Made by a program: the position numbers and the translations under genes
The notes under the pieces: model-generated
Databases searched by the model: none
What the model was told of the DNA's origin: nothing
What the model saw: only the letters and a program-made list of their open reading frames with translations
Shown here: piece by piece, positions 18,517 through 28,163 of the stretch
How positions within the stretch are numbered: position 1 is the stretch's first letter
How the letters are laid out: every line of letters starts with the position of its first letter
Assembly (NCBI GenBank): GCA_018304425.1
Contig: JAGVWE010000002.1
Span: forward strand, 416,001 to 480,000
Source of the DNA: Candidatus Iainarchaeum sp.
GTDB taxonomy: Archaea > Iainarchaeota > Iainarchaeia > Iainarchaeales > UBA10219
DNA: 64,000 nucleotides
Reading direction: 5' to 3'

Positions 18517-19149
18517 ATGCGGGCTGCCGGTTATTTCGAGGTAAAACGGTTAATGGACTTCCTTTTTTCCGCGTGTAGCCTCGTGGTTTTGCTCCCCTTG
18601 TTCGCCTTGATTGCCGTGGTCTTGTTCTTGGACAGCCCGGGCCCGGTCTTTTACCGCCAGGAACGCGTGACCCAGAAGGGCAAGCCCTTCCAGATATGGA
18701 AGTTCCGCTCCATGGTGCCTGGCGCGCGCGACCTCCAGTTCAGCCGAGGCATCCAGGCAGAAGCCCTAGTGACCCGCTTTGGGCGCTTGCTGCGCCGCAC
18801 CCACTTCGACGAGTTCCCGCAACTCATCAATGTCCTGCTCGGGGATATGAGCCTGGTCGGACCGAGGCCGCTCATGACCAAATGGGTTGGGGAACGCGCG
18901 CAGGCCAACCCCATGGCCTTGCAGCGGTTCAAGGTCAAGGCAGGCATGGCAGGCCTTGAACGGCTCTTCTTCCTGCTTCAAGACGATGCCCCCGCCCTGG
19001 CCCGCTTTTTCCCGGGCCTGGCGTCCTTCATTGGTTCCACTGACCTGGGCTACCTTGACAGCTATTACGTGAACCACGTTTCACCTGCATTGGACCTCAA
19101 AATCTTTGCCCTCACCTTTTACATGTCTTTGAAGCGCTTTTTCGGTTAA
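18517..19149 (+). CDS. Monotopic phosphoglycosyltransferase (bacterial sugar transferase, PglC/WcaJ C-terminal type)
   Basis: KRLMD, single hydrophobic helix, [26 protein letters not shown]. Confidence 0.92.
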   Translation: MRAAGYFEVKRLMDFLFSACSLVVLLPLFALIAVVLFLDSPGPVFYRQERVTQKGKPFQIWKFRSMVPGARDLQFSRGIQAEALVTRFGRLLRRTHFDEFPQLINVLLGDMSLVGPRPLMTKWVGERAQANPMALQRFKVKAGMAGLERLFFLLQDDAPALARFFPGLASFIGSTDLGYLDSYYVNHVSPALDLKIFALTFYMSLKRFFG

Positions 19150-19184
19150 CCCCTTGAAGGGAGTTGGGGCAGGGAGAGGCCAGC

Positions 19185-19865
19185 CTATTTTCTTGCGGTG
19201 ACCAGGTAATTGACGCAGAAGGACTGTTGCCTGGGTTGGTCCAGCAGCAACCCGAGGACATTCGGCAACACGTAGAACGGGGCCTTGAAAAGATGCCAAA
19301 GCGTTTGGGAGAGGAAGCCAGGCCGCGGAATCCATTTGACGTAGATGTTGAACCACTGGATGAGCGAGGCAAGGGTTCCCACCTGGTTTTCGATGCGCAT
19401 GGTTCCATAGTCTTTGAAGAGTTCCCTGAAACCGTCCGGCGTGAACCGCCAGTTGTCCTCTGGTTCATTGTGAATGCGCCAGTTGCCGTGGGTGGTAAGG
19501 AAAACCATGCCACCTTTTTTCAGCACCCGGTGCATTTCCTTGACCACTTCAAACGGTTGCCGGACATGTTCGAGGACCTGCGTGCAAAGGATCACATCCA
19601 TGGATTGGTCCTTGAGGGGCAGTTGTTCCCCATAACCAAGCACGTCAATGCCGGTTGACTTCACGATGTCCAACCGCACCATTTGCCCGGCTTTCCCCTG
19701 GAATAGGTGCAAGTATTCCGGGTTCTGCGAGCCCAGGTCCAGCAAGGTTAGGCCGTGCCTGAACCTGAGTTCGCGTTCCACCGCCCGCCCAAGGCTTTTT
19801 CTGAGCCCGTTCAGTATGAGGAATTCGTACCGGAACAGGTGGCAGGGCTTTTGCTTGGGCGTCAT
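19185..19865 (-). CDS. Class I SAM-dependent methyltransferase (type 11)
   Basis: LLDLGS, LPLKDQSMDVILCTQVLEHV, RVLKKGG. Confidence 0.9.
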   Translation of the reverse strand: MTPKQKPCHLFRYEFLILNGLRKSLGRAVERELRFRHGLTLLDLGSQNPEYLHLFQGKAGQMVRLDIVKSTGIDVLGYGEQLPLKDQSMDVILCTQVLEHVRQPFEVVKEMHRVLKKGGMVFLTTHGNWRIHNEPEDNWRFTPDGFRELFKDYGTMRIENQVGTLASLIQWFNIYVKWIPRPGFLSQTLWHLFKAPFYVLPNVLGLLLDQPRQQSFCVNYLVTARK

Positions 19866-20950
19866 CGGCCCAGCACCTCCTCATAGACGTTCTCGATTGC
19901 TATTGTGGTTTTTTGGATGTCCAACCGTTTTTCGGCCGCCTTGCGCGCGTTTTTCCCGATGGCGCGTCGTAAGTCTTCGTTCGCCAGCAATTCTTCGAGG
20001 GTTTCCGCCAGTTTTTCCGCGTTCTTGGGTGGAACCAGTCGGCCCACCTTTTCCGAGTCAATGATCTCCGGGTTTCCACCAACAGTCGTTGCCACCGCCG
20101 GCTTGCCCATGGCAAAGGCCTCCAGTAGGACGTTGCTGAAGGCATCCCGGTAGGTGGAACTCAGGACAATGAGGTCGCTGGCGGCGTAGACTTTTTCCGG
20201 GCGCTTGACCTGGCCCGTGAAAACAGTCTTTGCCGCAATGCCAAGCCGTGCCGCCAGCCGCTTGAGGTTCCCGGCTTCGGAGCCGATTCCCACCACCATA
20301 AACCGTGCCCGTGGGAACTTTTTGGAGACGAGGGCACAGGCCTGCAAGAAGTAATCAAAGCCCTTGAGGCCGGCAAGCCGTCCCAGGCTGGTAATCACCT
20401 GGTCTTTGGCGTGCAGGCCATGCCGTTCCCTGAAGTCGGTTCCAGGCAGTTGAGGGTCAAAGGCCGAAACAGCGGTGCCAAAGTGGATGACCCTGAACCG
20501 GTTCCTGGGGACCGGGTACTTGAAGTAGTGCCGTTTCACGGCTTCCGATACGCAGATTAGCCGGTCTGCCAGCCAGGCCACGGGCACGTGTTTTTTCTTG
20601 AGCGGGTTTTCCCCCATCAACTGGCACACGCATTTCACGCCGCAGGCCTTGGCGGCCAGTACTGCCTCGGTGTTGGAGGCCAGTTCGTCGAAGGGGTGCA
20701 CGATGTCGGGCCTCGTTTTCCGGATGGCTTTCAGGATTTGGAGGAAGTTCTTCCACCCGTTCCGGGTTGGCCGGAATCTCAGCACCCTGGTGCCTTCCCG
20801 TTTGAGTTCGTTGGTCAAGTGGTTTTCAAAGCCCGTCAAGATGACGGCTTCCCATTTCCGTCTGTCAAGCGCTTTCACCAAATGGTATAAGCATACAATG
20901 CCCCCGCCCATTTCATGGCAGTAATCCACAAACAAAATTCTGGTGCGCAT
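19862..20950 (-). CDS. GT4 family glycosyltransferase
   Basis: GGG N-terminus, VSEAV, GRLAGLKG, DAFSNVLLEAFAMGKP. Confidence 0.93.
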   Translation of the reverse strand: MRTRILFVDYCHEMGGGIVCLYHLVKALDRRKWEAVILTGFENHLTNELKREGTRVLRFRPTRNGWKNFLQILKAIRKTRPDIVHPFDELASNTEAVLAAKACGVKCVCQLMGENPLKKKHVPVAWLADRLICVSEAVKRHYFKYPVPRNRFRVIHFGTAVSAFDPQLPGTDFRERHGLHAKDQVITSLGRLAGLKGFDYFLQACALVSKKFPRARFMVVGIGSEAGNLKRLAARLGIAAKTVFTGQVKRPEKVYAASDLIVLSSTYRDAFSNVLLEAFAMGKPAVATTVGGNPEIIDSEKVGRLVPPKNAEKLAETLEELLANEDLRRAIGKNARKAAEKRLDIQKTTIAIENVYEEVLGR

Positions 20951-20975
20951 TGCCACATGCTTGTTGTCCATACCC

Positions 20976-20981
20976 TTTAAA
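20976..20981. promoter_or_regulatory. Palindromic TTTAAA TATA box between divergent GT4 and GT2 genes
   Basis: 25 nt from the ATG at 20950(-) and 23 nt from the ATG at 21005(+), consistent with leaderless transcripts. Confidence 0.6.
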
Positions 20982-21004
20982 TCTTTGTCCAAACCAATTC
21001 TGGT

Positions 21005-21913
21005 ATGGCCTCCAAGCCGTTTGCGTCCGTCATCGTGCCCACGTACAACCGGAAAGAATGCCTTGCCCGTTGCCTCCAAGGCCTGGCCCGCCAGTCGTTC
21101 ACAGATTTTGAAGTCATCGTGGTCGACGATGCGAGCACGGATGGAACGCCTGAGTCGCTGGGGCACCCCAATTACCGGGTGGTGCGGCTTGAAAGAAACC
21201 GGGGAGCGCCAGGTGCCAGGAATGCCGGAGTGAAAGCCGCACGGGGTGTGGTGGTTGCTTTCATTGACGACGATTGTGTCCCGGAGGCGGACTGGCTGGA
21301 AAAGCTGCTGCTGCCGTACCAGGACCAGGCAATCAGTGGGGTGGGCGGCAGAGTCAGGGTGTTGCCGGACAACTACATCTCCTTTGAAAACGGTTGCGTC
21401 GACCGGTTTGGAACGGTTTTAACGGTTCGGCCAATCGGCCGCTGTGCGCCCGGGTTCTACCCCTATTTTGTTACCTGCAATGCTTCCTTTCGGCGCGTGG
21501 CCCTTGAAGCCATTGGCTTATTCGACGAAGACTTCTTCTACTACGAGGAGCCCGATGTCTGCGTGCGATTGCTGAGAGCAGGCCATGCATTGGTCTTTGA
21601 AAACAAGGCATTGGTCTACCATCACGTCATCCCGGGAGGAAAATACCAGCAAGACAAATTTTATTGGATGGCGCGTGGCCGGCGCCGTTTTGCGCTCAAA
21701 AACTTTTCAAATGAACTAAGTGTGCTGGGCCTGGTTTTCTTTGAGGCCATCAACCTTGCCCGCAACGGGCGCCGGTTTGCATCCGGCTTGATTGGGTCAA
21801 GGAAACCCATTTCCCCGGCAAGAGTACTTTCCACCTTGAAAGGTGCCGTTGCCGGCTATGCCAGCGGCCTCGCCTTTTTGTCTACCCACCATCTGCCGCT
21901 CAGGTTTTTTTGA
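21005..21913 (+). CDS. GT2 family glycosyltransferase (paralog 1 of tandem triplet)
   Basis: PTYNR, VDDASTD, ARNAG, FIDDD, CNASFRR, EEPD. Confidence 0.93.
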   Translation: MASKPFASVIVPTYNRKECLARCLQGLARQSFTDFEVIVVDDASTDGTPESLGHPNYRVVRLERNRGAPGARNAGVKAARGVVVAFIDDDCVPEADWLEKLLLPYQDQAISGVGGRVRVLPDNYISFENGCVDRFGTVLTVRPIGRCAPGFYPYFVTCNASFRRVALEAIGLFDEDFFYYEEPDVCVRLLRAGHALVFENKALVYHHVIPGGKYQQDKFYWMARGRRRFALKNFSNELSVLGLVFFEAINLARNGRRFASGLIGSRKPISPARVLSTLKGAVAGYASGLAFLSTHHLPLRFF

Positions 21914-22809
21914 TGTCTAAAAAATCAACCGCGTCAGTCATTGTCATTACCTTTAACCGCCTTTCCCTCCTGCAGGCCTGCCTCGCTTCCCTTCGCCAGC
22001 AAACGGTCAAGGGCTTTGAAACGGTTGTGGTAAATAACGGTTGCACGGATGGAACTCCCAAGTGGCTTTCGTCTCGCCAGGGTCTTTCTGTCGTGAATCT
22101 GCCCCTGAATGCGGGCGTGGCCGCGGCCCGCAATGCCGGGGTGCAGGCTGCGAGGGGAGCTGTTTTGGTCTTCGTGGACGACGACTGCACGATGCCGATG
22201 GACTGGCTTGAAACGCTGTTGGCTGGTTATGCTTCGGAGGAAGTGAGTGGGGTGGGTGGCACGGTCCTCACCATTCCCGGGCAGCCTTCCTGGTTTGAGG
22301 GCGGGGGCGTCAACCGGTTTGGTTCGGTTGCCTTGGTTCACGCGGGAACGCCCTGCTTTTTCCCCTACCTGCCGGGTTGCAACATGTCCTTCCGCCGAGC
22401 TGCCTTGGAAGCCGTTGGCGGGTTTGATCCCAGTTTTTTTTACGGCTATGACGAGAGCGATGCCTGTATCCGCCTCCTCCAAGCCGGCCACCGGCTGGTG
22501 TTCGAAAGCAGGGCCTGCGTCTACCACCTCCCACCCCTTGAAGGAAAATATTTGCCCAGCAAATTCTATTGGTCTGCGCGGAGCCGCCGCTATTTCATGT
22601 TGAAAAATTTTTCGGAACGCCTTTCCTGGCCTGAAATCGGTTGCTTTGAAGCAGGCAATGCCTTGTGGAACCTCTACCGTTTCCTGGCTGGTTGCCTGGG
22701 GGTTCGCGGCCGCGTGCCCTTCCTGGAACTCCTTCCATCCCTTAAAGGGGCCATCGCAGGTTATTTGGCGGGGTTGAACCGTGTTTCCACGCATCCGAGG
22801 TTTTTCTGA
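21913..22809 (+). CDS. GT2 family glycosyltransferase (paralog 2)
   Basis: TFNR, NNGCTD, ARNAG, FVDDD, GCNMSFRR, DESD. Confidence 0.93.
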   Translation: MSKKSTASVIVITFNRLSLLQACLASLRQQTVKGFETVVVNNGCTDGTPKWLSSRQGLSVVNLPLNAGVAAARNAGVQAARGAVLVFVDDDCTMPMDWLETLLAGYASEEVSGVGGTVLTIPGQPSWFEGGGVNRFGSVALVHAGTPCFFPYLPGCNMSFRRAALEAVGGFDPSFFYGYDESDACIRLLQAGHRLVFESRACVYHLPPLEGKYLPSKFYWSARSRRYFMLKNFSERLSWPEIGCFEAGNALWNLYRFLAGCLGVRGRVPFLELLPSLKGAIAGYLAGLNRVSTHPRFF

Positions 22810-23608
22810 TGCCGAAACCCCTGGCTTCTGTTGTCGTCGTCACCTTCAACCGCCTGGCCCTGCTTCAGGGCTGCCTGGCGGCCTTGCGCCGGCAAACCTG
22901 CCCTGACTTCGAGATAATCGTCGTCAATGGCGCCAGCGTGGATGGCACGAAAGACTTTCTCGCCAAACAATCCGAAATTCAAGTCATTAACCAGTTGGAA
23001 AACCGGGGCCTCTCCGAGTCCCGCAATGCCGGCATCCAAGCGGCGAAGGGCGAGATCGTGGTCTTCGTTGACGATGATTGCGTCATGGACGAAGGCTGGC
23101 TGGGGAAACTCCTGGCGCCTTACGCGGATCCAGGGGTTGCAGGCGTTGGAGGCAAAGTCATTGGCTTGCCAAGCCGCCGGGTGTTCTTCGATCACGGGGG
23201 CGTGGACTGCTTTGGCATCGTGCAAACCCTTCACGCCAAGTCAAGCGCTGGCTTCCATCCCTACTTGGCGGGTTGCAACATGTCCTTTCGTCGGAGTGTC
23301 CTTGACGTGGTCGGCTTCTTTGACGAAGCCTTTTTCTTGGGCTACGACGAAACCGACCTCTGCATCCGCATCCAGCACGCCGGTTACCGGCTGGTTTTCA
23401 ATGACGATGCGGCCATCTGCCACCACATCCATGTCGAGGGAAAACACGATTCCCACCGCTTCTATTGGAAGGCGCGCAGCCGCCGCCTCCTCATGTTCAA
23501 GAATTTCTGGGACGAAATCGGTTGGCGGAGGCTATTGATTTTTGAGGTGGTTAACCTTTGGCGGAACCTCTACCGTTTCCTGGCTGGTTGCCTGGGGGTT
23601 CGCGGCCG
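22667..23608 (+). repeat. Identical 46-bp segment in GT2 paralogs 2 and 3 (22667-22712 and 23563-23608)
   Basis: GGAACCTCTACCGTTTCCTGGCTGGTTGCCTGGGGGTTCGCGGCCG present in both. Confidence 0.9.
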
Positions 23609-23699
23609 AAAGCCCGTGTCATGGGCCGAACTCTGGGCCACGTTGAGGGGCGCGTGGAGCGGGTATGGAGCCGGGCTCCGGCTGCTGCTGGTCCCTTAG
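22809..23699 (+). CDS. GT2 family glycosyltransferase (paralog 3)
   Basis: TFNR, SRNAG, FVDDD, GCNMSFRR, DETD. Confidence 0.93.
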   Translation: MPKPLASVVVVTFNRLALLQGCLAALRRQTCPDFEIIVVNGASVDGTKDFLAKQSEIQVINQLENRGLSESRNAGIQAAKGEIVVFVDDDCVMDEGWLGKLLAPYADPGVAGVGGKVIGLPSRRVFFDHGGVDCFGIVQTLHAKSSAGFHPYLAGCNMSFRRSVLDVVGFFDEAFFLGYDETDLCIRIQHAGYRLVFNDDAAICHHIHVEGKHDSHRFYWKARSRRLLMFKNFWDEIGWRRLLIFEVVNLWRNLYRFLAGCLGVRGRKPVSWAELWATLRGAWSGYGAGLRLLLVP

Positions 23700-23728
23700 A
23701 GGCACAAAATCCAGGCAAAAGCCTTTTA

Positions 23729-24790
23729 ATGGCAAGCCGCTTCCTTATCCTGGGTGGGAGCACGGCCGGCATCGTGGAATTGAAAAAGGTTCTCAGGCGA
23801 ACCCTTAAAGAGGTATGGCTCAACGTCCAATCCGGGGAGCCTGGCAAGGCCGTTCACGCGCTCAAAACCTTGTTTGGCAACCTCTTCTTTGATTACCCCT
23901 GGAGCGTGCAACTCGAGCCCTGCAACCTGTGCAACCTTCACTGCGATTTTTGTTCCGCACCGCCCTGGGAACTCGAGCGGCAGAAGCGCATGCTTTCCCT
24001 CGAGAATGCCCAAAAAATCGTTGACGACGTGAGCCGGTACACGCATTACCTGTGGTTCTGGCTGGCGGGGGAGCCCTTCCTCAACCCCCAGGCGGGAAAA
24101 ATCATCCGGCACGCAACAAGCAGGGGCATGCACGTCATTGTCAGCTCCAACTGCATGCTCTTGACTGAGAAGGTTGCAGAGGAAGTCGTTGACGCAAGGC
24201 TGGATGAACTCATCGTTTCCGCGGACGGGGCATCCAAGCAGTCCTCGGAAGCCATGCGCAAGGGCTCCACCTTCGAAACCGTCGTAAAGAACATCAAGTT
24301 CCTGTCCGACCTGAAGCGGCGGAAAGGCGTTTCCAAGCCGCAGATAATCATGCAGTTGATCGTCTCCAAGAAAAACGAACACGAAATCGAGGCATTCAAG
24401 CAACTGGCCCGGGAAGTGGGAGCCGACCGCTGCGAGTTCAAGTCCTTGGGCCTGCCGACCTGGATTTATGACGAGGGCGTCATCGAGAAACTCAAGCAGG
24501 AATATTTTCCCGTGCAGGGTGGCGTGCGTTATACGCCGGACTTCGAAATCATCCAGCGGAGCTGCGGCTGGGACAAGAAGGCCATTATCATGGTGGATGG
24601 CACGGTTTGCCTGTGCTGTTATGACATCAACGGAAAGTACAACTTTGGCAACGTCTTGGAAACCCCCTTCCTTGACATCTGGCGGTCGGCCCAGCGGCTC
24701 TCCGCCCGCAACCTGATAGGGGAGATGCCCTTGTGCCAGGTGTGCGGGGCCAGCGTGAAAACCTATTTGGGAAAGGCCCAAATCAAATGA
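23729..24790 (+). CDS. Radical SAM protein with C-terminal SPASM/twitch domain
   Basis: CNLHCDFC, GEPFL, then C..DGTVCLCCYD..GNV..IW..CQVC; start uncertain. Confidence 0.92.
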   Translation: MASRFLILGGSTAGIVELKKVLRRTLKEVWLNVQSGEPGKAVHALKTLFGNLFFDYPWSVQLEPCNLCNLHCDFCSAPPWELERQKRMLSLENAQKIVDDVSRYTHYLWFWLAGEPFLNPQAGKIIRHATSRGMHVIVSSNCMLLTEKVAEEVVDARLDELIVSADGASKQSSEAMRKGSTFETVVKNIKFLSDLKRRKGVSKPQIIMQLIVSKKNEHEIEAFKQLAREVGADRCEFKSLGLPTWIYDEGVIEKLKQEYFPVQGGVRYTPDFEIIQRSCGWDKKAIIMVDGTVCLCCYDINGKYNFGNVLETPFLDIWRSAQRLSARNLIGEMPLCQVCGASVKTYLGKAQIK

Positions 24791-24799
24791 GCCGAGCCG

Positions 24800-25942
24800 T
24801 CAAACGAGTTCCAGGCAGGCTTTCTCCAGTTCCACTGCCAACCGGTCAAACGTGTACCTGGCCGCAATGGCTTTGTTTCGCGTGCCAGCCTGTTCCCTTT
24901 GTTTGGAGTTTGTGAGTAACTCAGTCAATACCGTGGCCAGCCCCTTGACGTCACCGAATGCCACGACCGCGCTGCTTTCCTTGCTCACAAGGCCGTCCAG
25001 CGTGGGAATCCATGCCACGACCACCGGTTTGCCCCGCGCCATGGCCTGCAGCATGGCCTGGCTGGGCCCCTCCCAGGCGGAGGGCAGGCAGAACACGTCA
25101 AAGGAGTCAATCCATTGAATGAGTTCTTTTTTCCCGGCTGCCGTTGAAGTGTCCACGTTTCCGGTGAAAAGGACCCTGGTTCGGATGCCGTGTCGTCGTG
25201 CCATGGTTTCCAGGGTTTCCTTGAACCCCTTTTCTCCTTCGCCGCCAACGAACACCAGCAAGGCAGTGGGCTGGGTTTTCAGCACGCGCGCGAATGCTTC
25301 CAGCAAATGCCTCGCACCCTTGCGCTGGCTCAAGGCGCCGACGAAGCCAATCACCTTCCGGTCTAGGCACTCCGGTCTTCGCTCCTGTGCCGGCATTGCA
25401 AGGAAGGCCTCGTCAATCCCGGTGGAGGCATGCACCAGTTTTCTGGCACCCTGGCTCCTGCACCAGGTTTCCACATTAGCAGCCCGGTAAAGAACGGCTT
25501 CCGCCCGGCAGAAGAGCCTGGGAACGGTCAAGGCGTCCAGAGCTTGCGCGAACCCGTTTCGCAGGAATCCACCCGGGTTGTGTTCCACGGTAGGTCCATA
25601 GGTCAGCACCACGAACTTTTTTCCAAGCCGCTGGCAGGCATCCGCCGCCTGCAGCGAGTAGAGGCTTGCATGCGATTGCACGTGCACCAGGCTTGGATTG
25701 ATTTCCCGGATTTTTTCTTCGAGGCCGGCCAGCCAGGCCAACCGCTTCGACCCAAACCAAGTCGCTTGAAGCCGGTGCACGTGCACCCCATTCAGGGTTT
25801 CCTCCCCTGGTTTTTGCTGGGCGAAGACAAGGGCATGCACTTCATGGCCTTTTTTGGCCAGGCGTTCGGCCATGGCCTTCAAGTATTCTTCGGCCCCGCC
25901 TGCATCTGGGGGATAGCCGGGGCCCACCAGGCACCACTTCAT
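24800..25942 (-). CDS. GT4 family glycosyltransferase
   Basis: YPPDAGGAE, FVGALSQRKG, LPSAWEGPSQAMLQAMARGKP. Confidence 0.92.
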   Translation of the reverse strand: MKWCLVGPGYPPDAGGAEEYLKAMAERLAKKGHEVHALVFAQQKPGEETLNGVHVHRLQATWFGSKRLAWLAGLEEKIREINPSLVHVQSHASLYSLQAADACQRLGKKFVVLTYGPTVEHNPGGFLRNGFAQALDALTVPRLFCRAEAVLYRAANVETWCRSQGARKLVHASTGIDEAFLAMPAQERRPECLDRKVIGFVGALSQRKGARHLLEAFARVLKTQPTALLVFVGGEGEKGFKETLETMARRHGIRTRVLFTGNVDTSTAAGKKELIQWIDSFDVFCLPSAWEGPSQAMLQAMARGKPVVVAWIPTLDGLVSKESSAVVAFGDVKGLATVLTELLTNSKQREQAGTRNKAIAARYTFDRLAVELEKACLELV

Positions 25943-27036
25943 TTCGTTTCCCCCGCCAGTTCCCGCAACACCCGTTCATAGCCGGTTACATTGTTTTCCA
26001 CTTGGTAATTCAAGGCGATTTCCCTCATTTGCTTTCCCCTGGCTTCCAAATCGCTTCGCTGCACCACTTCCACCATTCTTTCCGCCAACTTTTCTGGATT
26101 AGCGGGCGGCACAAAGAAGGCCTTGCCCTGGGTTATCTCCCGGAATATCGGGAGGTCCGAGCAAAGGACCGGGAGCTCGCAGCCCATGGCTTCCACGAGG
26201 CTCAGGCAAAAACTCTCCCCCACGGAAGGAATTAGGTATAGGCTTGCCTGACTGTATTGTTCCCTGGTTTGCTCTCTTGACAGGCTTCCCAGGAACCTTG
26301 CCTCTGGATAGGTCCGTTGCAGGTATTCAAGGTAGGCCGCACTGCAGCCCCCCGCTATTACCAGTTCAAGGCCGTTTGCAAGCCCACGGGCTTCCAGCAA
26401 CCGGAATGCCTTGATAACCGCTTCCACCCCCTTCTCAGGCCGCAGCCGGGCCAGGTACAACAGCCGCTTCTTTCCCGGATCCTTCCTCACCGGCACCGGC
26501 TTGAAAAAATCCGTGTCCACTCCATAGTAGACCCGTTGCACCTTGCCCTGCGTGAACGGAAAATTGGTTTCAAGGTCTTGTTTCATGAAATCGCTGATGG
26601 CGATTATCCGATCCGCTTTCCGGTAGGCGGCCCTGGTTATCCAGTAATTGAGTTTGTGGGCAAAGCTTTCCAGCCAGCCCTGGTATACCATCGTTGCCAC
26701 GTGCGGAGCCACTACCCACTTGCCGTTTCCCAGCAGGCACGCCAGGAAACCCCACACCATGTGCCCGCAATGCACATCAAATTTGCCGCGGTTTTTCCAA
26801 AAATAATGCAGCACCTTCAAGCACCACAAACCGTAATGGATGTTTTCATGCAGGTGGGGTAGCGGCAACTCGAACTGCACCAAACCGTTTTCCCGGATTC
26901 TCCGTTCAAATCGCGGCGTAATCACGGTTACCTCGTGGCCCTTGGCCCGGAGGCCTTCCACTAGTTGCTTCATGATGCTTGGCACGCCGCCCGTTCTATC
27001 CGGGGGATAGCCGCCGCAAAACCATGCAACCCTCAT
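25939..27036 (-). CDS. GT4 family glycosyltransferase
   Basis: YPPDRTGGV, ARLRPEKG, ESFCLSLVEAM. Confidence 0.93.
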   Translation of the reverse strand: MRVAWFCGGYPPDRTGGVPSIMKQLVEGLRAKGHEVTVITPRFERRIRENGLVQFELPLPHLHENIHYGLWCLKVLHYFWKNRGKFDVHCGHMVWGFLACLLGNGKWVVAPHVATMVYQGWLESFAHKLNYWITRAAYRKADRIIAISDFMKQDLETNFPFTQGKVQRVYYGVDTDFFKPVPVRKDPGKKRLLYLARLRPEKGVEAVIKAFRLLEARGLANGLELVIAGGCSAAYLEYLQRTYPEARFLGSLSREQTREQYSQASLYLIPSVGESFCLSLVEAMGCELPVLCSDLPIFREITQGKAFFVPPANPEKLAERMVEVVQRSDLEARGKQMREIALNYQVENNVTGYERVLRELAGETK

Positions 27037-28163
27037 CCAAGCACCTCGCCATACACCTGCATCACTTTTTTTGCCACCAAATCCCAGGTATAGTCCTTTG
27101 CCTTTTCCCTGCCGTGGTTGCCGGTCTTCCGTGCCAGGCCCGCGTCCCCCAGGAACGCATCCAGCTTTCGTGCCAGTGTCTGGTGATCACCTGGCTCAAA
27201 GAAGGTGCCACAGCCGCCTGCCAGGAGGTGCATAGGCCCATCATAGGGCGTGGAGACCACGGGCTTTCCCTGGGCCATGGCCTCCAATAAAACGATTCCA
27301 AAGGGCTCGTACACGCTCGGCAACACGAAAGCGTTGCAGGCGGCATAGGCATTTCGGAGTAGTTCCTTGTCGTGCGTGCCGGGCAAGAACCGTACCTGTT
27401 CCTGCACGCCCAACCTTTTCGCCAGTTTCCGGAGGCCCTGCACGTAATTGGTTTCGCCGCCTCCGATGAATACCACGCTGGTTTCCCGGTCCTTCAATTC
27501 GGCCGCCGCCCGGATCAGGGTCTCCGGTTGCTTGTAATAATGCAGCCGGCCCACATTCAACACGATTTTCTCTCGCAAACCGTTTTCGTCCCTGAATTTT
27601 TCCCCATCTCCCTTTCCAAGGAACCAGGCATCCACCCCAAAAGGCACGACCCTTATTTTCTCCTCTGGGCAGCCGAGGGCCACGAACCGCTTCTTCTCCG
27701 TCTCATGGTAGGCCAGCAGGGCATCCACCTGGGCAAACACCCGTTTTGCGAGGAGCACATCGTATGCCTGCCTCGCCAGCCCCAGCCCAAGGCTTTTGGG
27801 GTGGAAGGGGGAACCCGCCCGCAGCACGGTCTTCTGCTTTCGCTTCCTGGCCAGTGCGGCATCCACATGGAAATGGCGGAAGTTGTGCAGGTGCAGGACT
27901 TCAAAGCCTTCCAGGTGTTTCAGGAAACCAGGCCACACCCGGTAAAAGTTGCTCACATGAAACCACACCGGGAACCGTTTCACGCGGATGCCTTCCACGC
28001 TTTCCTCGCTTTTTTCGATGCGGCGTCGGTCATGTCCCTCATTGCAGGTTAGCACGGACACTTCATGCCCCTGCCGGATGCATTCAACGGATTTGTTTCG
28101 GATGGCTTCCTCCCATCCCCCTATCACCGGGTAAAAGAAAGGGCTTACGTGGCCTATTTTCAT
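27033..28163 (-). CDS. GT4 family glycosyltransferase
   Basis: FYPVIGG, VGRLHYYK, EPFGIVLLEAMAQGKP. Confidence 0.94.
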   Translation of the reverse strand: MKIGHVSPFFYPVIGGWEEAIRNKSVECIRQGHEVSVLTCNEGHDRRRIEKSEESVEGIRVKRFPVWFHVSNFYRVWPGFLKHLEGFEVLHLHNFRHFHVDAALARKRKQKTVLRAGSPFHPKSLGLGLARQAYDVLLAKRVFAQVDALLAYHETEKKRFVALGCPEEKIRVVPFGVDAWFLGKGDGEKFRDENGLREKIVLNVGRLHYYKQPETLIRAAAELKDRETSVVFIGGGETNYVQGLRKLAKRLGVQEQVRFLPGTHDKELLRNAYAACNAFVLPSVYEPFGIVLLEAMAQGKPVVSTPYDGPMHLLAGGCGTFFEPGDHQTLARKLDAFLGDAGLARKTGNHGREKAKDYTWDLVAKKVMQVYGEVLG

